Shown: in pieces, positions 9,989-18,233 of the stretch
Position numbering within the stretch: the stretch's first letter is position 1
Layout of the letters: every line of letters begins with the position of its first letter
Virus record (IMG/VR): IMGVR_UViG_3300044615_001997
Strand: one strand, 5' to 3'
From: a virus
DNA: 64,000 nt
Made by a program: the position numbers and the translations under genes
The notes under the pieces: model-generated
Databases searched by the model: none
The model's input: the letters and a program-made list of their open reading frames with translations, nothing else
Told to the model about the DNA's origin: nothing

Positions 9989-11419
9989 ATGATTAAATTT
10001 AATTCTACCGCAGATTGGAGTTTTGACGTTCCTCCTGTAAGCATAGTTAATGATGCTCAAGACCTCAAGAAGGTAGCAGCAGTACAAGATGAGCTTAAGG
10101 TTGAAAAAACTGCAGGTCAGACAGATGTACACGTCATTGCCTTGGGGGCGTACGAAGGGATAGGGCAAAACAGAAATGGTGATTTGTTTAAAGAGGCGGA
10201 ATGCTTAAAACATTATAAAACTTTTGTTAAGTCCGGTGCCCGCAAAGCTGACGGTACTTATGATGGAAGGGCGTTGAACAGACACCATAAGAATAAACCT
10301 GAAGATCCTAAATACGGTAATATCAAGGCGGCGGCATATAACAAAGATATGCGTCGTATTGAGTTAGTTGTTGGGCTAGATAACAACAAATGTGCTGAAG
10401 AGATTCAACGACTTTCAAAAGGAGAACAAATCAACGTCTCTATGGCTGCTAAGGTAGCTAGCGACATTTGTACATGGTGCAAACATGAAGCTAAGGATGA
10501 TCGAGGTCGTTGCGAACACATTCCAACTAGTATAGGTGAATTAAACAAACAGGGAGAAATGTGCGGGATGGACAATGTTTCACCACGTTGGTTTGAACTG
10601 TCTATTGTTGGACGTCCTGCAGACAGAATAGGTATGTCGTTAAAATTGGCACATACTTACGCACCTAAGCTTGCCTCTGATTATATGCAAATATATACAG
10701 GTTTTGTTCCTCCGCAAGAAATGCACGAATTTTTAATTTCTAAAAAAGCTTCTGATAAGCGTGGGTTGTTGCACAAGCTTTCTGAGATGGAGAAGCGTAT
10801 CGAAGGCATAGCTAAAATAGGTCCAAAAGATTCTAAAGAAAAGTATATATCTAATGAGGCAGTTAAATTAAACTCTGGCGATAGGTTATCTCCAGAAGTC
10901 GTTGACGAGCTTAGAAAACACGATCCCTCAAAGCTACTAAAAGCTTTAGGAGAGCATGGAATAATATTTTCTCCTGAAGACTTTGTTGAATATCTTTTTG
11001 GAGATAAGTTAAAAGATAAATCTATAGTAGATAAGATGAAGGAACGTTTACCTCTAGGTTTTAGTAATTTAGCCGACGATGAAGTTTCTTGTGATCGCTC
11101 AGTCAACAATGAGAAATTCGATCCATCAGATTTCGGCGGTATACCTAAAGAATTAAAAGGTATACTTGGCAGTATATTCGATGAGCAATCTTTATTTGAC
11201 CAGCCAGCTCATGGAAGAATTATGAGAATTACTATAATCGGTAGATCTCCCAAAAAATTGAAAGCCAGCACCGATCCAGATAAGTTAGAAAAAGATGCGG
11301 CAGCCGAAGAACTAGCTCAGCAATATTTGACTTATAAATTAGCAGCCTTGCGTTATTTAGAAGAATGCGGTAGATTAGACGATCAGGTGCTTTTAAACGC
11401 CCTCATACAGAATCGATAA
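9989..11419 (+). CDS. Prohead maturation protease (HK97/herpes-assemblin-like serine protease) with Cys/His insert
   Basis: NRNGDLF, HHKN (candidate catalytic His), VSMAA (candidate catalytic Ser), CTWC...CEH, FELSIVGRPAD; lies upstream of scaffold and capsid genes. Confidence 0.8.
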   Translation: MIKFNSTADWSFDVPPVSIVNDAQDLKKVAAVQDELKVEKTAGQTDVHVIALGAYEGIGQNRNGDLFKEAECLKHYKTFVKSGARKADGTYDGRALNRHHKNKPEDPKYGNIKAAAYNKDMRRIELVVGLDNNKCAEEIQRLSKGEQINVSMAAKVASDICTWCKHEAKDDRGRCEHIPTSIGELNKQGEMCGMDNVSPRWFELSIVGRPADRIGMSLKLAHTYAPKLASDYMQIYTGFVPPQEMHEFLISKKASDKRGLLHKLSEMEKRIEGIAKIGPKDSKEKYISNEAVKLNSGDRLSPEVVDELRKHDPSKLLKALGEHGIIFSPEDFVEYLFGDKLKDKSIVDKMKERLPLGFSNLADDEVSCDRSVNNEKFDPSDFGGIPKELKGILGSIFDEQSLFDQPAHGRIMRITIIGRSPKKLKASTDPDKLEKDAAAEELAQQYLTYKLAALRYLEECGRLDDQVLLNALIQNR

Positions 11420-11426
11420 AAAAAAC

Positions 11427-11455
11427 TTGGAACCTATTAAAAATTAAGTTAGTAT
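11427..11455 (+). promoter_or_regulatory. sigma70-like promoter
   Basis: TTGGAA-N17-TAGTAT, followed by a GGAGA RBS before 11483. Confidence 0.4.
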
Positions 11456-11482
11456 AAGAAATAATTATCTCGGAGAAACATT

Positions 11483-12499
11483 ATGAATGAACATTTTTTA
11501 AATGGCTTTGTTAAAGCCGCTCAAGCCGCAGGAATGTCAAATGCTGAAATTGAAGCATTGTTAAAACAAGCAGAACCTATGGCACCACAAGAAGAAGCTC
11601 CAATGGAAGAAGCTCCAATGGAAGAAGCTCCAATGCCCGAAGCTCCAATGGGTGAAGAAGGCGGAGAGGAAGAATTGAATCAACTACTCGCTCAGTTAAG
11701 CCCAGAAGAGATTGAACAATTAGCTCAAGAGCTTGCTGCCGAGATGGGTGGAGAATCCGCAGGCTCTAACGAATTAGAGCAAGTTCCTGAATTAGCCGCA
11801 GCCATAGAGCAACAGCTAGGCCAAAATCCTGAAGTAGCTGAAGCCACAGCTCCATCACCCGAGATGACAGAAGAAGTTATGGCTAAACAGAGTGCCATTA
11901 ATTTTATTAAATCTGCTGAATATGTAGAAGGCTTTTTAGAGCAGGCTATTGGTCGTGGAATGAATTTGAAGCAGGCTGTAGAATTGTACGACAGCGCATT
12001 TAGCACAACTTTTAATCAACTTAAAACAAGTGAGTTGAAAGGTAATCAGCACAAACTAGATGTTGATGGTGACGGTAAAATTGAAGCTGACGATCTTAAA
12101 AAACTTCGTGCAGGTAAAGCCGAAGTTAAAGAAGCCGAGCTCAAAGGCGACCAACACAAACTAGATGTTGATGGTGACGGTAAAATTGAAGCTGACGATC
12201 TTAAAAAACTTCGTGCAGGTAAAAAAAACGAAGTAGATGAAAAGACAGCTGCTTATTACGAAGGTGTTTTAGAACGCTGTCGTGAATACGGTATGACTGA
12301 TGTTCAAGCTTTGGAGCTCGTAAAAAACGCAAAAGCAGCAAAATCGTTATTTGAAGGAGCTAAAGATATCGGAAGAAAAGCCGTTAATTATGTAGCAGAA
12401 AGACCAGCTCGTGCTGCAGCCATTGGTACAGGAGTTACTGCTGCAGGCCTTGTCGGCTATAATGCTTTAAAAAAAGAAGATAAAGAAGACAAAGAATAA
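11483..12499 (+). CDS. Acidic scaffold/prohead-core-like protein with two EF-hand-like repeats
   Basis: EEAPM repeats, two copies of ELKG[ND]QHKLDVDGDGKIEADDLKKLRAGK, K-x-A motifs, GGAGA RBS. Confidence 0.65.
   Translation: MNEHFLNGFVKAAQAAGMSNAEIEALLKQAEPMAPQEEAPMEEAPMEEAPMPEAPMGEEGGEEELNQLLAQLSPEEIEQLAQELAAEMGGESAGSNELEQVPELAAAIEQQLGQNPEVAEATAPSPEMTEEVMAKQSAINFIKSAEYVEGFLEQAIGRGMNLKQAVELYDSAFSTTFNQLKTSELKGNQHKLDVDGDGKIEADDLKKLRAGKAEVKEAELKGDQHKLDVDGDGKIEADDLKKLRAGKKNEVDEKTAAYYEGVLERCREYGMTDVQALELVKNAKAAKSLFEGAKDIGRKAVNYVAERPARAAAIGTGVTAAGLVGYNALKKEDKEDKE
11591..11650 (+). repeat. 15-bp tandem repeat (gaagaagctccaatg) x4 encoding EEAPM
   Basis: Three exact copies and one variant (cccgaagctccaatg). 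Confidence 0.95.
12050..12223 (+). repeat. 69-bp exact direct repeat, 105-bp period (HKLDVDGDGKIEADDLKKLRAGK)
   Basis: 12050-12118 is identical to 12155-12223. Confidence 0.95.
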
Positions 12500-12502
12500 C
12501 TA

Positions 12503-12531
12503 TTTACAAAAAACAAAACATTCAATATAAT
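12503..12531 (+). promoter_or_regulatory. sigma70-type promoter
   Basis: TTTACA-N17-TATAAT, AGGAGA RBS downstream. Confidence 0.6.
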
Positions 12532-12554
12532 AAAAAAATAGGAGAAAATATATT

Positions 12555-13532
12555 ATGGGCAAATTAACAAAACACGCCGAAGTTTTAACTCAACTGCATT
12601 CTTTAGTTAAGAAGCAGGCTGAAGAGGCACAAAAAAATATTTCTGGAGTTCCTGGGGTTGAAACAAAACCTGAGAGCATTAAGGAAGAACACGAAACCAC
12701 CAATAAGAATTCTGTTGGTCCTGAGAACAATCCTCAAGGTTATTCTCAGAAACCCAGCTCAGATTCTTCTGAACCTGTGGCTTCACCTAAGACTGCTGAG
12801 AGTCTTGGTAATGAAATTTTAGACCTTATTCGTAAGCACGCAGATGCACAGGACTCCGCTACAGGCGTCCCAGGAAAAGACACCAATCCTGAAAAGATTG
12901 ACGAGAAGAACGAAACAACCGACAAGAACAGTGTCGGCCCAGAAAAAAATACTCCTCAAACAACCGGCGAGCAAAAAGAAAGCACCGACGACAGTAAGCC
13001 AGTAGCTTCTGCTAAGAGTGCTGGTGAAATGCCTGAAGCTTTAAAAGAGCACTTCGAAAAGAAGGAAGGCAAAAAAGAAGATAAAAGTGAAGATCATAAA
13101 GAAGATAAGAAGGCTGAAGATGAAGTTACAGAATTAGCTTCTAAAGTTGCCTCTTATGAGCTTGGTCGTCAATTCTGCGCCGCTCTTCTCAAAGCCGCCT
13201 CTGAAGGCGAGCAAGATGAAGCTCAAATGGCTAAAGAAGCTGGACGTAGAGACTTGGAACTTCTCATTGCTCAAGCTGCTCAAGATCTAACTCCAGCTGG
13301 TGAAAAACAAGCTGAGGCCGAAGGTGCTGCCTATTTTGAACAAGTTTTAAAGCAGGCCGCTTTTGACCAAGCTGTTAAAGAAAACGAAGAGCTCAAAGCT
13401 AAAGTTGCTGAACTTACCTCCAAGGAAGCTGCTGAGAAGCAGGCTGAGGAGCAAGCCAACGCGCAAGCTGAGCTGGCCGATAAAGTAGCCAGCATCGTTC
13501 TCGAAAAGCTTAAAGCTGCAGCACAAGAGTAA
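12555..13532 (+). CDS. Putative capsid scaffold protein (325 aa)
   Basis: Acidic, Ala/Glu/Lys-rich, C-terminal coiled coil, internal duplication GVPG..T.PE.I.E..ETT.KNSVGPE, very dense K-x-A motifs, close upstream of the MCP. Confidence 0.65.
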   Translation: MGKLTKHAEVLTQLHSLVKKQAEEAQKNISGVPGVETKPESIKEEHETTNKNSVGPENNPQGYSQKPSSDSSEPVASPKTAESLGNEILDLIRKHADAQDSATGVPGKDTNPEKIDEKNETTDKNSVGPEKNTPQTTGEQKESTDDSKPVASAKSAGEMPEALKEHFEKKEGKKEDKSEDHKEDKKAEDEVTELASKVASYELGRQFCAALLKAASEGEQDEAQMAKEAGRRDLELLIAQAAQDLTPAGEKQAEAEGAAYFEQVLKQAAFDQAVKENEELKAKVAELTSKEAAEKQAEEQANAQAELADKVASIVLEKLKAAAQE

Positions 13533-13535
13533 TTT

Positions 13536-13691
13536 ATGCAAGAGTCTCAAGGAGTTCAACCCTCTCTGGAACTCGAAGCTGTAAAAGCTCTAACACAACT
13601 TTCAGACGAAGATAAAAGAAAAGTATTAGAGTATATCGAAAGTTTAGTAATCTTAGAAACAACTGTAACCAATGAACAAGGAAGTATTTGA
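13536..13691 (+). CDS. Small hypothetical protein (51 aa, MQESQGVQPSLELEAVKAL...), not in the ORF track
   Basis: ATG at 13536, 3 nt after the upstream stop; TGA at 13689-13691 overlaps the next gene; fills the gap in the operon. Confidence 0.55.
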   Translation: MQESQGVQPSLELEAVKALTQLSDEDKRKVLEYIESLVILETTVTNEQGSI

Positions 13692-14067
13692 AAAGTTTGA
13701 GGTTTTTACTAAAACTGCATTGGAAGAAATTGCAGACCTTAAACAGCAGTTGGGCAGTTTGAATGAAAAAGTCGCAGCAGAAAAAGAAGCTCGTGACGAA
13801 GAATTTGAACACGCTTTAAAAAAGGCAGCTACTGCCTTATACGATTCTGATTTTATTAATGACGAATACGATAAGCGTCGTTTTATAAAGAAGGCTAAAG
13901 AAGACAATAAATATTTAGCCGAAGTCATACAAAAAATTTGCCAAGCCTCGGATGTATCAGCTTTTGGATCAGTGGCTAATATTAAAACAGCCGGTGATCT
14001 TCAGGATGATCCCGTAATGCGTAAAGCATTTGGTTATGATGTAAATTATAATTTACTCGACGAATAA
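13672..14067 (+). CDS. Small coiled-coil head-associated protein (131 aa)
   Basis: K-x-A motifs (TKTA, EKVA, EKEA, IKTA); located between scaffold and capsid genes. Confidence 0.6.
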   Translation: MNKEVFEKFEVFTKTALEEIADLKQQLGSLNEKVAAEKEARDEEFEHALKKAATALYDSDFINDEYDKRRFIKKAKEDNKYLAEVIQKICQASDVSAFGSVANIKTAGDLQDDPVMRKAFGYDVNYNLLDE

Positions 14068-14069
14068 TG

Positions 14070-14098
14070 TTGACGTAAATTAAAAATTTTGAAATAAT
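14070..14098 (+). promoter_or_regulatory. sigma70-type promoter for the decoration/MCP operon
   Basis: TTGACG-N17-AATAAT. Confidence 0.5.
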
Positions 14099-14204
14099 TT
14101 ATAGATAACTTCAGCAATACAACTAGAGCGGTCCTTGATCGGAAGCCAGTCTGAGAAGCAGAAGCAAAAATAAAAACAAACAACAATAAGGAGAAAAATA
14201 AAAT

Positions 14205-14669
14205 ATGATTAACTTCAAAAAAGGTCCAGCTCTGAGCTTGGGGCAATCAGATAAAGTTGCCAAGCCAGCTTCTGGCGAAGCTATTGAAGCGGGTCACGTT
14301 GTTCGTATTGCTTCCAATGGAGAGGCCTCACTCGGTGTGAGCGAAACTCCAGCTGCAGACTTACTCGGATTCGCTATTACAGACGTTACCGATGGTGATG
14401 CCATCGAGTCTGGCAAAATCGGCGTTTATCTTCTCGACGGTGCAACCATCGTTGAAACAGATAAAGCAGTCGGTGCAATCAACTCAACAAACTATCCTAT
14501 CGGCGCAGCTGTCACAGCTAGCGAAGCAGGTTTAGTAGCTGTTGCCAGCGAAGGCGACAGAGTAATCGGTCAAGTCGAAGGTATTCGCAACCTCCCATCG
14601 GTCGAAGTGGTCAATGGAAGAAAAATTCAAGGAACCAGAGCCTTTTTAGGTGTTAAGCTTTCTGCTTAA
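14205..14669 (+). CDS. Capsid decoration/cement protein (154 aa)
   Basis: Small beta-rich Gly/Ala protein (AIEAGHVV, YPIGAAVTASEAG) directly upstream of the MCP; AAGGAG RBS; high-expression codon bias. Confidence 0.7.
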   Translation: MINFKKGPALSLGQSDKVAKPASGEAIEAGHVVRIASNGEASLGVSETPAADLLGFAITDVTDGDAIESGKIGVYLLDGATIVETDKAVGAINSTNYPIGAAVTASEAGLVAVASEGDRVIGQVEGIRNLPSVEVVNGRKIQGTRAFLGVKLSA

Positions 14670-14692
14670 TCTAAACGGAGAAATTAAATATT

Positions 14693-15649
14693 ATGGAAAA
14701 AATCGCAGACGTTAAAGTATTCAACGATACATTCGTTGAAATGGTGAAAGCCGGTCAGGAAAAGCAAGCCGCTGTTTCTGCTCAGCAATTCACCCGTAAC
14801 AAACTTCGTGAAGAAAGCTTCGCAGAGAAAATCATCACCCCAATCGACATCAGCAATGATGAACTCGATAAGGCTGAGAATCCTGAGTTGCTCGTTAAGT
14901 GGAACGATCGTGAACCTGATACTGCTCCAGCAACAACTGTGCCCCTCGGCGTAGTTCCTGATGCTGTTCAGTTCTTCGGTACACGCTATCCTTCCTACTT
15001 CACACGCATTACTTCACCTAAGTTCAACAAAGATATCGATCATCTTCGCACATACGATTACGACATCCGTGCAATCATGCTCGAAATCAGCACAAAAGAT
15101 ATCGCTACAGAAATCGACACTCGTTTCATCGAGCGTGTTGACAGCGTTATCGGAACAGCTAACACAGCTAACCCTCTGAACGGTCTCGGCCTTCCTCAGA
15201 ATGTTACCATCGCTGGTGGTATCACTCGTGAGAACGTCGCCGATGCTTTCAAGGCCATCAAGCGTCTCCGTGTTCCTTTCGGACCTGCTCAGCCAGACGG
15301 CGGCGAGTCCAAGGGCGTCATGCTCATGAACACAGTTACTGCTGATGACTTCGTTAAGCTCGATCGTAGCGAAGCTGGTGGTGACCTCTCTCAGGAGATG
15401 TACATCAACGGTCTTCCTGCTAAGACCATCTACGGTGTCAAGCCCATCTATACAATCAAGCGTGACTTGATTCCTGATGGTGTTATTTACCTCTTCTCTT
15501 CTGAGGAGTTCTTCGGTAAATACTATCGCTTGCAGCCTCTCACAGTGTTCATGAAGAACGAAGCTTACTTCTTAGAGTACTTCCAATACATGAATATCTC
15601 GATGGCTATCGGTAACGTTAAAGGTGCCGTTAAAATCACCTTCAACTAA
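14693..15649 (+). CDS. Major capsid protein (HK97-fold, 318 aa)
   Basis: Follows protease, scaffold and decoration genes; RNKLREESFAEKII, RITSPKF, DIATEIDTRFI; strongest C-ending codon bias in the window; followed by a terminator. Confidence 0.85.
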   Translation: MEKIADVKVFNDTFVEMVKAGQEKQAAVSAQQFTRNKLREESFAEKIITPIDISNDELDKAENPELLVKWNDREPDTAPATTVPLGVVPDAVQFFGTRYPSYFTRITSPKFNKDIDHLRTYDYDIRAIMLEISTKDIATEIDTRFIERVDSVIGTANTANPLNGLGLPQNVTIAGGITRENVADAFKAIKRLRVPFGPAQPDGGESKGVMLMNTVTADDFVKLDRSEAGGDLSQEMYINGLPAKTIYGVKPIYTIKRDLIPDGVIYLFSSEEFFGKYYRLQPLTVFMKNEAYFLEYFQYMNISMAIGNVKGAVKITFN

Positions 15650-15671
15650 TCGTAGTTGACAGTAAAAAATT

Positions 15672-15707
15672 AGCAAGGGGGAGTGAATAACTCCCCCTTC
15701 GCTTTTT
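15672..15707 (+). terminator. Rho-independent terminator after the MCP
   Basis: AAGGGGGAGT-gaata-ACTCCCCCTT hairpin followed by a T run. Confidence 0.85.
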
Positions 15708-15712
15708 ATGGG

Positions 15713-15741
15713 TTCACAACACAGGATAACTCATATATAAT
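15713..15741 (+). promoter_or_regulatory. sigma70-type promoter for the neck genes
   Basis: TTCACA-N17-TATAAT; the predicted start site coincides with the ATG at 15748 (possibly a leaderless mRNA). Confidence 0.5.
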
Positions 15742-15747
15742 GTAGTT

Positions 15748-15963
15748 ATGAATGCTGAACATATATTAGAAGAATTTATAAAATTTGCCCAATTCAATAA
15801 CGCTATACCTGGACTAGGTCAATCAAATGTAATTCAACCTCAAATACTTTCTGGACAACCACCAAAAAGAACTTCAAATGTAACTATGGAATATGGTGGA
15901 GATAGAAATGGAAATACTGTTACCGTAAAACCTGCGACTAACTCAAAAAAGGTAAATATATAA
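15748..15963 (+). CDS. Small hypothetical protein (71 aa)
   Basis: ORF fills the gap; ILEEFIKFAQ resembles the N-terminal motif of the head proteins. Confidence 0.5.
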   Translation: MNAEHILEEFIKFAQFNNAIPGLGQSNVIQPQILSGQPPKRTSNVTMEYGGDRNGNTVTVKPATNSKKVNI

Positions 15964-15966
15964 TTT

Positions 15967-16410
15967 ATGGCGCTATCAATTTTAACTCCTGAAGAAATAA
16001 GATTATTTATGCTCGATAGAGCAGAAATGAATCCGCTTTTGTTAGGTATCAGATTCACTCCGGAAATGATCGAGCAGGCTGTAGTTAATACTGTAGATTA
16101 TTTTAATTTAATGAATCCTCCTATAAACGAATATTATACAATAGAGACATTTCCATTTAGGTCTCTTTTATTAATGGGAGCTGCTGGGTACTTATTACGC
16201 TCCGCAGCCATCAACGAAGCCTCCAATCAATTAAGCTATGCGTCAGATGGTGTTCAAGTTAACGACAAAGACAAAGCTCAGATATTTTTAACTATTGGCG
16301 GCAATTTATGGGAAGAGTTCAAACAGATGGCTACAAATATTAGAATAAATATTAATGTAGCTCAAGTATACGGAACTAAACACTCAGAATACATTTATAG
16401 AGTGAGATAA
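15967..16410 (+). CDS. Head-tail adaptor/connector protein
   Basis: 147-aa helical protein in the neck position after the MCP (EEIRLFMLDR...NQLSYASDGVQVNDKDK). Confidence 0.6.
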   Translation: MALSILTPEEIRLFMLDRAEMNPLLLGIRFTPEMIEQAVVNTVDYFNLMNPPINEYYTIETFPFRSLLLMGAAGYLLRSAAINEASNQLSYASDGVQVNDKDKAQIFLTIGGNLWEEFKQMATNIRININVAQVYGTKHSEYIYRVR

Positions 16411-16411
16411 T

Positions 16412-16630
16412 ATGGGTAGATTCGACCAAAATTGTAATAGTTTAGCGCATACGGTAGAGGTGAATACTCTAAATGAAAAATTAGTAAGAAAATTTAAAAA
16501 TATAAAAAAAAATAAAAGTTTAGGTTATAGTATAATGCAGCGCGTTATTGAAACTAATAATCCTGCAGTATTTGCCTTTAAAACAAGTTCTTGGTTTGTA
16601 CAAAAAATTAAAAATGTTTTTGATCAATGA
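16412..16630 (+). CDS. Small hypothetical protein (72 aa)
   Basis: Tightly packed between neck genes, ATGA overlap with the next gene. Confidence 0.5.
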   Translation: MGRFDQNCNSLAHTVEVNTLNEKLVRKFKNIKKNKSLGYSIMQRVIETNNPAVFAFKTSSWFVQKIKNVFDQ

Positions 16631-17445
16631 AACACAACCAGACATTTTCAAAAATTTTTATGATCCCAGACTTTGTCCGTGGACATTTTATTCAATGGGA
16701 ATTAGATACTTTTTTTAATGGAGAAAAACCATATAACTTTATTTTACAGGTGAGTCAAACATTAGACTTTTCTGAAATTGCTTATGAACTGGAAGTGGGC
16801 GATAGCTTTTTTGCTATAGATAACAGTAATTATAAACAATCTTGGTCTATGAATTATAATTATAGGATTGTTTTAATTACTGGCGACTATAACCGGTATT
16901 ATTCTCCATCCTTGATATTTGGACAAACTGGTACATCTCAAAGAAAATATTCTATGGCCGGAGAAATCATCAGGAAAGAACTTTTGCTTTGTCGTTACGC
17001 AGGACATCAAGCTTGGCTATTAAAAAGAAAAACCTATGGAACTGTTTCAGCAAAAACAGCAGTATATTTAGATCCGGTATCTGGTGTACCTATAGCGGAT
17101 GAAAGAAATGTTGATTATGGTGTGGGCTTAGACGAAGGATTTTTTAAACCGGTAGCCTGTGCCTATACAATAGACAGGGCTCATATGGATAAGCAGTTAG
17201 ATCCTGCAGGATTAGGTGTGAAAGAAACCACAGATATGATTGTGAGAATGCCTGGCTACCCGTCAATAGATTCTAGAGACATTATTTGTCCTAATCTGGA
17301 TGGATGGCGTTATAATGTTTTAGCTAAAGATACGGTTTATTTTCCTGGCTCAGGTATACCTATAAGCCAGAAAGTTACCTTGCGTCTTATCCCACAAACA
17401 GATACTGTTTATAACATAGAAATACCTGCGAATTTAAATGAATAA
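16627..17445 (+). CDS. Neck/head-closure protein
   Basis: Position; beta-rich C-terminus (GYPSIDSRDII..DGWRYNV) typical of head-closure proteins. Confidence 0.55.
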   Translation: MKHNQTFSKIFMIPDFVRGHFIQWELDTFFNGEKPYNFILQVSQTLDFSEIAYELEVGDSFFAIDNSNYKQSWSMNYNYRIVLITGDYNRYYSPSLIFGQTGTSQRKYSMAGEIIRKELLLCRYAGHQAWLLKRKTYGTVSAKTAVYLDPVSGVPIADERNVDYGVGLDEGFFKPVACAYTIDRAHMDKQLDPAGLGVKETTDMIVRMPGYPSIDSRDIICPNLDGWRYNVLAKDTVYFPGSGIPISQKVTLRLIPQTDTVYNIEIPANLNE

Positions 17446-18166
17446 CGAAAGTGATATTATTTTTAATACGGTCGGAGGAACAATAGAGCCATGTCCACCA
17501 CCGGTAGGTTATGTAAATCCTCAGTATAGGGACATAAATACTTGTGAAGATAAAAATAGAAAATTAATGTTGACTCCCTGGACGGTGCAGAACATTTGCT
17601 ATGAACTCATAGCTAATTATATGTTAACTAATGATCCTAAAGAACAGGGATATGTTTTTTCTCAACGCTACGATCGCGATCCCAGAAAAACTCAAATATT
17701 TTTAGATATTGTTTTAAATTATCGTGACGATGTGGTTCAAAAGAGACCGGCAGTGTTTGTTGGAAGAGGACCTGCACAATATAGATATCCTACAATGAAC
17801 CAACAAATAGGATCAAATTCACCCGAGTCAGAAAAAACAAAATTGGCTATTATTACTATGCCAATTGTAGTTACAGTTATAGGTACAAATGTGGGATTTA
17901 CAGAGCAAGTTGCCGAGTATATTTCAAATGGTTTTTTATTTTATTTAGAACAAATTAGAACAGATTTTAACTTTCGTATTTTTAGACTGGAAGATGTAGG
18001 TAATCCTACGCTATACTTAGAGTCTAAAGATCATTTCGCTATTCCATTAAATTTAATGACTTCTTTTGATCTGGGCTTTACAATCAAGGGAGATCATCTA
18101 AAATTAAAGACTATCGGATATACAGTGTTTACGAGTTGTGTGGAATCACCCCTTTTAAACCAGTAA
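17438..18166 (+). CDS. Tail terminator/completion protein
   Basis: Directly upstream of the sheath; QKRPAVFVGRG motif and alpha/beta pattern. Confidence 0.55.
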   Translation: MNNESDIIFNTVGGTIEPCPPPVGYVNPQYRDINTCEDKNRKLMLTPWTVQNICYELIANYMLTNDPKEQGYVFSQRYDRDPRKTQIFLDIVLNYRDDVVQKRPAVFVGRGPAQYRYPTMNQQIGSNSPESEKTKLAIITMPIVVTVIGTNVGFTEQVAEYISNGFLFYLEQIRTDFNFRIFRLEDVGNPTLYLESKDHFAIPLNLMTSFDLGFTIKGDHLKLKTIGYTVFTSCVESPLLNQ

Positions 18167-18175
18167 AAAAAAGAT

Positions 18176-18204
18176 TTGCAAAGAACAATAAATTAACTTA
18201 ATAT
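18176..18204 (+). promoter_or_regulatory. sigma70-like promoter for the sheath gene
   Basis: TTGCAA-N17-TAATAT, AGGAGA RBS before 18234. Confidence 0.45.
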
Positions 18205-18233
18205 AACAAATAACAATTTAGGAGAAAAAAATT

